Of a DNA stretch of 64,000 nt, positions 9,675 to 17,914 are shown in pieces. The translations under genes and the position numbers were made by a program. Numbering within the stretch: position 1 is the first letter of the stretch; every line of letters starts with the position of its first letter. The DNA comes from Magnetococcales bacterium (lineage in GTDB: Bacteria; Pseudomonadota; Magnetococcia; Magnetococcales; JADFZT01). The stretch is taken from NCBI GenBank assembly GCA_015232395.1, contig JADFZT010000016.1:1866-65865 (forward strand). Reading direction: 5' to 3'. The notes beneath the pieces are model-generated. The model had not been told where the DNA came from and ran no database searches. It worked only from the letters and a program-made list of their open reading frames with translations.

Positions 9675-12600
9675 TCAGTAGGAGCACATGGGATCGTTGA
9701 CGCACACCTGCCAGTCGGTCCGGGTCACCTTGTTGGAGAAGGGGACATCGTCGATGGGTTGCTCTGGTCCCACCAACACCACCGGGTCTTCGCTCTCTTC
9801 GGGCAACATGAGGGTAGGCTCCGGGGGAATGCCGCCGCGATCCAGCTCTGTGGAGCGATCTTCAGCCACCAGTTGATCCTCAGCCCCTTCCAGGGGATCG
9901 AGATCGGCTCCGGGGGTGGCGTCGCAGATATTCACCAGATAGTAGTTGCCCACCCCCTGCTCCACGCTACAGTTGCGGTTGTCGCTGGCTCCGGGAATAT
10001 AGGTGGTAAATTGCAGCCAGTTGTCGAAGGTGATGGCGGTGGAAAGAACCTTTTCGCCCACATGGGAGCCGCTGGAGTCCTGCATCATCAATATCCAGCC
10101 GCTGGCGCTGTTGAGGCTGGTGAGGGCGGCGGTGATCTCCCCTTGATTGCCTTCGCCGATGACATTATCAGTGACATCAAAGAGATTGGCCTCGGTGATG
10201 GGGGTGTAGGTGCCCACCACGCCGGTATCCTTGATCATGTAAAATCGATCTTCGATGGTGGTGTTCAAGGGGTGGGCGCGATAACCGGAGCCGATGGCCA
10301 CTGAAAAAAAGCGGGATTCGCTGCTGCACTCCACATAGGCCACATCCGGAGCGTTGTAAAAGCGCCGGTTGCCCGCTGGGGTGTCGTCACTGAACTCGGC
10401 GATGACGCCACCGGTCACCAGGGAGGCGGCCCCGGTGTTGTCGATGTTGTCGATATCAAAGCGCCACACCTGGCCCCCCATATCCCCCACATACATCCGG
10501 TCGGCCAGACCATCGGCATCGATATCCACCACCTTGACCGTGGAGGGGATGGAATAGTCCATATCCGGCAATACCAGGGAGGCGGTGGGGTTGTCGCTGT
10601 GGGAGGCCCACCACAGGAGGGAGCCGTCGTTGGCATCCACCATAAAGATCCCCCGCCCCTGATCATCCGCCTGGCGTGTGGTGTTGTCGTCCTGATCCCA
10701 GTCATACCCCCCGCCAAAAATCACCACATCCTTGGTTTCACCGGCGATTTTGACCTGGGTGGCGATGGGTTTGGACCAAGTCTGTCCCAGTTCGGCAAAG
10801 TTGCCCGAGGTGCCGTCGATCATCCACTTGAGTTTGGGGGCGCTACGGTCGGTAACATCCAAAGCGTAATAATATTGTCCCCCCCGACGCATACCCACGT
10901 AGATGTAGACGAAGTCGCCGTCAGCAGGCTCAATGATACCGTCCTGATCTTCATCGTTTTGCCAATAACCGATCTCCCCATCCAGACCATAGGGGTGATC
11001 GTCTGCGGCGCTATTCTTGTAGAAGGTGGCGAGGTTTTCCAAAAGCTCTTTGGGGATGAAGGCAAACAGCTCCTCACCGGCCTGGGTGGTATCGAGATCG
11101 TGGACGTTGATGGCGTGGAGGAACCCTTCGTTGGTGCTGAAAAAGACCGTCATATCCCCCACACCATAGGTGATGAGGACCGGTTTGGAGTGGAGGGGGT
11201 CTCCTATGTGGCTGCGGGCGTCGGTAAAATCTTCATCGCCATCCTCATCCAGAACATCCACCCCCCGGGCCCATTTCAGCAGCTGGGTACGATAGGGTTC
11301 GGCGCTGCCGTGGGGGTCGGAACCGGAGATATCCAGCATGGCCAGGGTGATGTTGGCGTTATCCTCGTCAAATTCATGGGCACCCTGGGTGAGATCCACC
11401 TCATCAGGAGCTGTGCCACTGGTGTAGGTATAGACCTTGCGGGTCACCAGGTGGGTATCACTCAACATGCCGGCTGCTCCCCCCAGCCCCACTTCGTTGC
11501 CGTCGTCCGCTGCGGACCAGATGGAGCGGGCGTCATCCAAAAAGAGCCCGGTTTCGCTATCCACCGCCGCCAGATCATCGGCATCCACCAACACCGAATC
11601 AGCCCCAGAGAGGCGGTATTGCTTGAGGTTGCCCACCCAGCGGGGAGAGTCGTTGGGGGTAAAGAGGGAGAGGAAAATTTCATCCTCGTGGGTCAGGCGG
11701 TTGAACTGATTGACGGTGATGCCGGGAGAGACAAAGGTGGTGGAGGCCTGCATGATGTTTTCAAAGGCGGCCCGGAGCACTTCAGCCAGCTCATAGCCGT
11801 TGTTGGCGGCATAAAAGTTGTCCGGGTTGCAATCTTCGTCGGCATCCCATTCGTTGAGCTGGCAGTTGCCGTCGTTGATATAGTCGACAAAATTGGCCGG
11901 ATGAGCCGGATCCGGGGAGAGGTCGCCATCTTGATCGACAAAGCCACCGTTGACGGCAGACTCCCGCATTTTCCGGGCTTCACTGTTATTTTGCTCCCCT
12001 TCCCCCAACGCCGCATAGACGTAGTAGGTGATGATCTCCTGGTTGTTGTCGATATCGCTGCGGCAGTCGTTCTGACGCAGATAGAGGGCCACATCGTCGA
12101 GCATTTCGGTTTTGTTGCCGGAGCCGTCGTGGCTGGGGCCCGGGTTGCTGTCGTTGTCATAGTCGCCGATCCCCGATGGGGGGGAACCCCAGGTGGCCAG
12201 GGTATCCCAATCCTTGTAGGGGGCGCCGTCATTCAGGTGCAATACATAGTTGCGGGCACAGGCCACCTTGACCCCGTCCGGATCGCTGACCACATCCAAT
12301 TCCGGATAGCGGTAGGGATCCCAGGAGGGATCCACCTCATAGGAATTCTGGGTGGAGCCGTTGTCGAAAAATTGGGTATGGCCGTTGATGTTGTTGTCCC
12401 GCTGAGCCACATACCCTTCAATTTCATAGAGGGTTTCGGCGATGGGGGTGGTGCCCCACACCAGGGGATGCTCTTCGATCACCCGGATGATGTTCTCCAG
12501 GGGGGCGCGCACATGGGTGGGCAGGCAGATGTCATAGTTGGTGCGGCTGTCCGCATCCAGGGAGACATCGGGATAGCAGGGGTGGAGATTGCCACCGTGG

Positions 12601-14564
12601 ACCTTGTTGCCGGTATAGATGGAGGTGACATTTTTGGTGTGGTCGAAGTTGTAGACCGCAAGACCAAAGCGGATTCCTTCGGAGATTTCCTGAATGAGCC
12701 CTGTGGGTTCGGAATGGACCCCTACTTTGATATTGAAGGCGGGTGCGCCATTCACCACCAGATAGCCGATCTCCTCATTGGCGTGGCCGGTTTCGGTATC
12801 ACTGGATTTTTCTTCATCCACCTGTACATCGATGGCGTTGGCGGTCTGCACTGATTTGGCCACCCGGACATTGGCCGGGTCGATGCCGTTGGTGGTCTGC
12901 ATATCCATCAACACCAGGGGGACGCCGCCCCAGTAGGTTCGGGAAAAATGGACCGTGTCCCAGTTTTCATCAACGCTGTTGCCGGTGTTGCCCACCTCAA
13001 ACAGCTGGCCGGTGTTGGTAGACATACCCGAAACCCGACTCAAGCCGATCCAGTGGACATCCTCACTGGCATGGGTCTGGGCGTTATCCTCTTCCTCCTG
13101 CATGGTAAATTTAAAGCTGGAATTGCTGACATCCTTGTTGCGGACAGTGACATAGTCCACTTCGTTCAAGGTGCCGACACTGGTAAACACCACCGGGGTA
13201 TTCATGAAATAGTTCCCGCCGGAGGGTTGGAAGTTTTGCGAGACCCAGGAGTTGGTCCCGGTATTGTTGGTGGTGTTGATGCCCGCTGCCACCTGTAGAA
13301 CGTTACCGCTGGTCATGGGCACGGTATAGTTGCCCGCTTCGGCAACGATATAGATGATGTTTTCCGAAGAGTGGTCGCCACTGCCCGCCGCCACCAGATC
13401 GTCCCACTCCTGGAGGCGCACATGAAAGCCGGTGTTGGTAATGTTGGTGATGCGCACCCCCACCGGGCTTGAGCCGTTATAGGTGAGGGATTTGGCCACC
13501 ACCACCGGGTTGGTGTAGGTGCCTTCAAAGTTGACCGCGAGCCAGGTGGTGTCCCAAACGACGCCGCCATCGTTGGTGGCGGTACCGTCGGTGTTCCAGG
13601 CGGGTTCACTCCCTCCGGAGTCGGCAATGGTGGAGGTGACCTCATAGACGTGGCCGTTGGGGGTGGTGGGAATCACCAGATCTCCCACGGCATAGGTGGT
13701 GTTGGCGGACCAGGTGGTCAGGGTGTCGTCCCAGTCCATGGAAATTTGCCCCACCTCCACCATCTCCCCAGGGGTGTCGTTCAGCTGGGTGATGACCGTG
13801 TCCCCCCCTCCCAGGGTGGGGACGATCTGCCCTTCGATCATCTGGAAGGTGGTGTTGTCGCCATAGGGGGTATAGTCGTCGCTGTTATCGTAGACCTTGG
13901 TAAATTGATAGTCGTAGGGCTCGTGCTGACCCAATAGCACATACCACTTCAGATCCGAGAAGGCCTCCCACACCATGGTGCCATCTTCGGTCTCACCGGT
14001 GGTGTTCCAGGTGGGGTTGCCAGAGCCGGAGATGCCATCCCGAACGCCGCGATAATAAAAGCCGTTGGGGGTGGCGGGTTGGACCACATCCCCCACGACA
14101 TAGTTGCTGCTGGCCTGCCAGGTTTCCACCCAGGTGCCGCCAGTGATCGCCTCTCCAGCGCGATCCTGCACCTTGCCGCCCACCAGCACCTTGCGGGCCA
14201 CATCGATGCGGCGCATGGCGAGCCAGTTTAAAAAATTACCGTCCCAGGGACCGCTGGAATTTTCCACGAAAAAGCCGTAACTGTTGTCGTAGCTGTAGTT
14301 TCGATCCCCGGCAAAATAGCCGTAATAGTCATAGTCGGGATCGAAGTCATCATGGGTACCGGTTTTCCAGTTGCCCGCTCCCGTATCCCGATAGGCCAGG
14401 GCCTTCATGGAGCCGGAAATATCCAGCGCCAGGATGACGTTGTCCTTGGCGACCTGATATTGAAAAATTTCGGTATCGTCGGCTTTGGCCATGCCCCAGA
14501 ACAAGGCGGTCAGACAGAGCACCAAAAGGCTCGGAACGATGATGTTTTTGTAAGATTTATTCAT
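9675..14564 (-). CDS. pilY1: Type IV pilus tip adhesin PilY1/PilC (1629 aa)
   Basis: Signal peptide, vWA MIDAS-like DISGSM, PilC beta-propeller motifs (GDPLHSKP, NEGFLHA, YGLDG, GMRRGG, LGQTWSKP, Ca-loop DIDADGLADRMYVGDMGG). Confidence 0.92.
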   Translation of the reverse strand: MNKSYKNIIVPSLLVLCLTALFWGMAKADDTEIFQYQVAKDNVILALDISGSMKALAYRDTGAGNWKTGTHDDFDPDYDYYGYFAGDRNYSYDNSYGFFVENSSGPWDGNFLNWLAMRRIDVARKVLVGGKVQDRAGEAITGGTWVETWQASSNYVVGDVVQPATPNGFYYRGVRDGISGSGNPTWNTTGETEDGTMVWEAFSDLKWYVLLGQHEPYDYQFTKVYDNSDDYTPYGDNTTFQMIEGQIVPTLGGGDTVITQLNDTPGEMVEVGQISMDWDDTLTTWSANTTYAVGDLVIPTTPNGHVYEVTSTIADSGGSEPAWNTDGTATNDGGVVWDTTWLAVNFEGTYTNPVVVAKSLTYNGSSPVGVRITNITNTGFHVRLQEWDDLVAAGSGDHSSENIIYIVAEAGNYTVPMTSGNVLQVAAGINTTNNTGTNSWVSQNFQPSGGNYFMNTPVVFTSVGTLNEVDYVTVRNKDVSNSSFKFTMQEEEDNAQTHASEDVHWIGLSRVSGMSTNTGQLFEVGNTGNSVDENWDTVHFSRTYWGGVPLVLMDMQTTNGIDPANVRVAKSVQTANAIDVQVDEEKSSDTETGHANEEIGYLVVNGAPAFNIKVGVHSEPTGLIQEISEGIRFGLAVYNFDHTKNVTSIYTGNKVHGGNLHPCYPDVSLDADSRTNYDICLPTHVRAPLENIIRVIEEHPLVWGTTPIAETLYEIEGYVAQRDNNINGHTQFFDNGSTQNSYEVDPSWDPYRYPELDVVSDPDGVKVACARNYVLHLNDGAPYKDWDTLATWGSPPSGIGDYDNDSNPGPSHDGSGNKTEMLDDVALYLRQNDCRSDIDNNQEIITYYVYAALGEGEQNNSEARKMRESAVNGGFVDQDGDLSPDPAHPANFVDYINDGNCQLNEWDADEDCNPDNFYAANNGYELAEVLRAAFENIMQASTTFVSPGITVNQFNRLTHEDEIFLSLFTPNDSPRWVGNLKQYRLSGADSVLVDADDLAAVDSETGLFLDDARSIWSAADDGNEVGLGGAAGMLSDTHLVTRKVYTYTSGTAPDEVDLTQGAHEFDEDNANITLAMLDISGSDPHGSAEPYRTQLLKWARGVDVLDEDGDEDFTDARSHIGDPLHSKPVLITYGVGDMTVFFSTNEGFLHAINVHDLDTTQAGEELFAFIPKELLENLATFYKNSAADDHPYGLDGEIGYWQNDEDQDGIIEPADGDFVYIYVGMRRGGQYYYALDVTDRSAPKLKWMIDGTSGNFAELGQTWSKPIATQVKIAGETKDVVIFGGGYDWDQDDNTTRQADDQGRGIFMVDANDGSLLWWASHSDNPTASLVLPDMDYSIPSTVKVVDIDADGLADRMYVGDMGGQVWRFDIDNIDNTGAASLVTGGVIAEFSDDTPAGNRRFYNAPDVAYVECSSESRFFSVAIGSGYRAHPLNTTIEDRFYMIKDTGVVGTYTPITEANLFDVTDNVIGEGNQGEITAALTSLNSASGWILMMQDSSGSHVGEKVLSTAITFDNWLQFTTYIPGASDNRNCSVEQGVGNYYLVNICDATPGADLDPLEGAEDQLVAEDRSTELDRGGIPPEPTLMLPEESEDPVVLVGPEQPIDDVPFSNKVTRTDWQVCVNDPMCSY

Positions 14565-14593
14565 GACCTGTTTTCCTCACCAGAAAGAGCGGA

Positions 14594-14757
14594 AAATCGC
14601 TTCCCCCGGGGGCGTTTGCCCATGGGTTGACATCACTTCCTTACAGGAGCGGCCAGCTCCTTGGATGGACATCACTTCCTCCAGGGTAGCTGCCCCATGG
14701 AGGGAGATCTCTTCTCCTAGAGGCAGTTGCCCGACGGAGAGGAGTCACTTCCCGGGC
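14594..14757. repeat. Degenerate ~36-39 bp tandem repeat (about 4.5 units) overlapping the pilX 3' end
   Basis: A core like ATCACTTCC recurs at ~14595, 14633, 14672, 14708 and 14745 with similar downstream sequence. Confidence 0.6.
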
Positions 14758-15232
14758 CGATGATCCGAGCCCCCTGCAGGTTGGTGGAGCGGGAGTTGAT
14801 GTCGGGAATCTCTCCCCGTCCCCGGAATTTAAATCGATGTGCGGTAAAGTTTTGCGTCCCTTCCCCCAAGCTGAAACCGGGAGCGATCCCTTCGCCGTCA
14901 TAACAGATAATTCCCCGGCTCTCCACATGGGCATCGGCCATATCGTAGCTGCTGCCATCAGCCGGGCGCTGGGTGATGGCCATCATCGATTGGGCCAGGA
15001 CGTTGTTGATATCCAGATTGCCGTTACCCTCCTCGATGATCGATTCGATGGCGGACTCGGCGGCCTGGAAGGTGATGTTGATGCGGTGGCTGTTGGCAGA
15101 GACCCGCTCATCCAGGCCGCTCATGCGGGAAGCGGTGATGGCCAGAGCGCTCACCACCAGCAGAAACAGCAGGCCGATGAGCAACACCGAGCCCCTTTCG
15201 TCAGGGGAGAGCGTGGTTCGAATGGTCGGCAT
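14717..15232 (-). CDS. pilX: Type IV minor pilin PilX
   Basis: ERGSVLLIGLLFLLVV (no Glu5), N...TFQAAESA motif. Confidence 0.85.
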   Translation of the reverse strand: MPTIRTTLSPDERGSVLLIGLLFLLVVSALAITASRMSGLDERVSANSHRINITFQAAESAIESIIEEGNGNLDINNVLAQSMMAITQRPADGSSYDMADAHVESRGIICYDGEGIAPGFSLGEGTQNFTAHRFKFRGRGEIPDINSRSTNLQGARIIGPGSDSSPSGNCL

Positions 15233-15245
15233 GGATCGTTCCCCC

Positions 15246-15983
15246 TCAAAAGGGCATGCGGTTGCGCAGGGCGATGGTGGTGACAAAAGAGCGCCGCAGC
15301 AGGCCGTCGGAATAGGGGCCGATGGGGCTCTCATTCACCAGTTTATAGGTATCATCCTGCTGGGCATTGACATAGTCAGCGGTGCGCAGCAACACGGCAA
15401 TGCGAACGGAAAGGACATCGTTCCAGTCGGCGACGTTGGTGGCGATGCGGTAGAGATTGATCTCGCCGTTGCCGTTGGTATCCTCTCCGTAGAGAATTTG
15501 CAGACTTTCCACCCCTGCCACGAGGGTATAGGTGGCGGTGGCCCCTGGTGCGCCGGCGATGGAGCCGATGCATTGCAGTTCGGGTACGCCGTTGGCGTTG
15601 TTTTGCACCAGATATTGATTTTGGGTGAGGGTGCCGTTGGTGGCATCCCCAAAGCAGTTGGTGGCGGATTCGTATTGGATGGTGACTGAATCATTGGCCG
15701 CATTTCCGCCATCGATACCGATGATGGGGGCAGTGACGATGGTGGACTCCCGGGGAAAACCGGTCATGCGCATGTCCTGAGCCAGAAAGTCCAGCACGAA
15801 ACGGCCATTTTCCTGGATTTCACCCACTCCTTCCTGGAGCTGGTAGGTATCCTGGTTGGATTGCAAAATCCGGATGATACCCGTGAGCAGAACCAGGCCC
15901 AGGGTCATGGCCACCATCAGCTCCACCAGGGTAAATCCCGCTGCCGGTGAAAGCCTCCATTGGGTGTTGGTCTGTTTCATCAT
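15246..15983 (-). CDS. pilW: Type IV minor pilin PilW
   Basis: GFTLVELMVAM, QENGRF..DMRMTG, GVESLQILYGED, VLSVRIAVLLR, TTIALRN. Confidence 0.9.
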   Translation of the reverse strand: MMKQTNTQWRLSPAAGFTLVELMVAMTLGLVLLTGIIRILQSNQDTYQLQEGVGEIQENGRFVLDFLAQDMRMTGFPRESTIVTAPIIGIDGGNAANDSVTIQYESATNCFGDATNGTLTQNQYLVQNNANGVPELQCIGSIAGAPGATATYTLVAGVESLQILYGEDTNGNGEINLYRIATNVADWNDVLSVRIAVLLRTADYVNAQQDDTYKLVNESPIGPYSDGLLRRSFVTTIALRNRMPF

Positions 15984-16714
15984 GGCACCACGTTCAAGGT
16001 GACGCACTCCTTGCCAGCCGGGCAGGCGGCATTGGATGCCACGGTGTTCCATTCCGGTTTGCGCCAGGAGACGGTGATGGTGTGGGTTGTCCCGATGATG
16101 CAGGGGGTGGCGTTGCAGGTGGTGGAAACATCCAACCCCGGCAAGGTTTCCCCGGAGCCTCCAGCTGCGTTGCCCCAGCCATAGGAGTGACACCAGAGTT
16201 GGAAGGCATCAAACTCGGCGATCTGGAGGGGGGTGCAGGTGGTGTCGGCAGCCAAGTCCACCCCCGTGGAGCTGGTTTCATCGCTGCACAGGGCCGATGG
16301 AAAGCCGGTGCCGTCGATATCCTCCATGTTGACGGTGCAATCGATGGCGTCATAAGTTTGGGGAGCGACAGTGCGTTGGGTCAGATCGTAGCCGGAAAAA
16401 CCGGTCGTGGTGCCGCTGGAAGCGCCGGTGGGATTGGCATGCATCCGTTCGGAAAGCTCCAGGGCCAGGGCCGCGGCCTGGCTGCGCAGATAGGCTTCGT
16501 TGCTCCCCTGCAAGGCCGCCAGTTGCAACAAGCCCATGCCTAAAAAACCGATGGCGAGGATGAACGAGGCGATGAGAATTTCCAGCAGGGAAAAACCGGC
16601 CTGGCTTGAATCCACGGGGGGCTGGTTCATCGGCCTGCGGGGTGTAGGTGGAGCCTCTCTCATGGCGGCATCCTGTGGCAGGACTGGATAGGGTTTCATG
16701 GCCGTCTCCATCAC
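15980..16714 (-). CDS. pilV: Type IV minor pilin PilV (start may lie further downstream)
   Basis: GFSLLEILIA, GMGLLQ, RSQAAALA.ELSERMHAN, ITVSW. Confidence 0.88.
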   Translation of the reverse strand: MMETAMKPYPVLPQDAAMREAPPTPRRPMNQPPVDSSQAGFSLLEILIASFILAIGFLGMGLLQLAALQGSNEAYLRSQAAALALELSERMHANPTGASSGTTTGFSGYDLTQRTVAPQTYDAIDCTVNMEDIDGTGFPSALCSDETSSTGVDLAADTTCTPLQIAEFDAFQLWCHSYGWGNAAGGSGETLPGLDVSTTCNATPCIIGTTHTITVSWRKPEWNTVASNAACPAGKECVTLNVVP

Positions 16715-17277
16715 GGGCTACAGCTGGATTGGGAGGTGTCGGTGGCCGTTACGGATTCCATGCGTCCCGTGGCACTCAGAGTCAGCGCCTTGGCATGATC
16801 GGACCAGCCCCGGGAATCACAGAGAATCAGGTCGCCGGTCTGCACCGCGCCGTTGGCCAGTTGCGCCGTCCCCTGAACCGAAAATGAGAGATAGTTGTTC
16901 ACGTTGGCTGAGCCTCTCAAGGTGTCGCCATGTTCATTAAAAGATTCATAGACCTGGACGATCTCTTCGGTAGCCGGATCCCGGTCACCGGAATTGTCCA
17001 TATCCTCAAACACCAAAATACCGAGCTCCCATCCTCCTTCAGCACCGGTGTCGCACTCTTCAAGATCCGTGCTGCGGCAGGCGGTCACCCGGTTGCCTCT
17101 TCGGATCGCCTCGCTGCGGGCCATCTGAAAAACGCCCAGAATACCGTTGGTGCGGGAGGTCATGCGGCTGTTTTGAATCATGCTCTCCACCAGGGGCGCG
17201 GTCTGGCTGGCCAGGATCGAAAAAAGCACCAGGGTGATCAGCAGTTCAATCAGCGTGAATCCATTTTTTTCTGACAT
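16711..17277 (-). CDS. fimT: FimT/FimU (GspH-like) minor pilin
   Basis: GFTLIELLITL, ARSEAIRRGNRVTAC, WELGILVFED. Confidence 0.85.
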   Translation of the reverse strand: MSEKNGFTLIELLITLVLFSILASQTAPLVESMIQNSRMTSRTNGILGVFQMARSEAIRRGNRVTACRSTDLEECDTGAEGGWELGILVFEDMDNSGDRDPATEEIVQVYESFNEHGDTLRGSANVNNYLSFSVQGTAQLANGAVQTGDLILCDSRGWSDHAKALTLSATGRMESVTATDTSQSSCSP

Positions 17278-17356
17278 GAATGACTCCAATCCACGAGCAA
17301 ACAGATCCTTGATGAGACTCTCTTGGGATCTTGTTTGGCATCCCTGGTCCATTGAA

Positions 17357-17519
17357 CCTAAATCCGGCAGTTGGGCGTACGCACATGCCCCAGCCTATTG
17401 ATCCACCAAGCAAATCGGGAGAAAATCTTGTGACCAATCAGGAGACGGCGATTTCTCCCAATTCACTATGCGAACCAATATCCTGCACCAGCCACACACG
17501 CCCAACTGCCGGATTTAGG
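17357..17519. mobile_element. 163 bp MITE with perfect 22 bp terminal inverted repeats and 5 bp target duplication (IS1380-like ends)
   Basis: CCTAAATCCGGCAGTTGGGCGT ... ACGCCCAACTGCCGGATTTAGG, flanked on both sides by TTGAA (17352-56, 17520-24). Confidence 0.85.
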
Positions 17520-17914
17520 TTGAATCCAATGCATTCCGCTTCAGCTGGGGAATCAATGGATAGACGATGTTTCCACCAACCAGAGTTACAAGGGACGTAC
17601 CAAAGGTGATCTGTGATATTTTTTTCCGCACTTCTAAATAGTTACGGATAACTATACGGAGGCGGGAGGGGGAAGGGAAGGCGGGGAATTGTAAAAAAAT
17701 ATGTCAATAGTCGCTATTCGTTTACTGTTCGTCAGGTTTTTTTACTGGTTTCGGTTGGGTGGTCCGTTGATGGGGGCTGGGAGGGTGAGGGCAAAGGGTG
17801 GGTGTTGGGGGTTGAGAGGCAAGAGAGGGCGCAGCCTGACGCCCCCCTTGCCTGGGGATGGATTGCGATAATGCTCGGGCAAGGGGGGCAGAAGCGATTA
17901 TTAAGGGTGCCCCC

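Noticed and set aside
10599-12854. 751-aa plus-strand ORF, and other long antisense ORFs such as 55174..56763 and 57120..58592
   Set aside because: Shadow ORFs opposite well-supported genes in GC-rich DNA, with no recognisable motifs
14594-14757. Possible mini CRISPR array
   Set aside because: The conserved core is only ~11 bp, the 'spacers' resemble each other, and there are no cas genes
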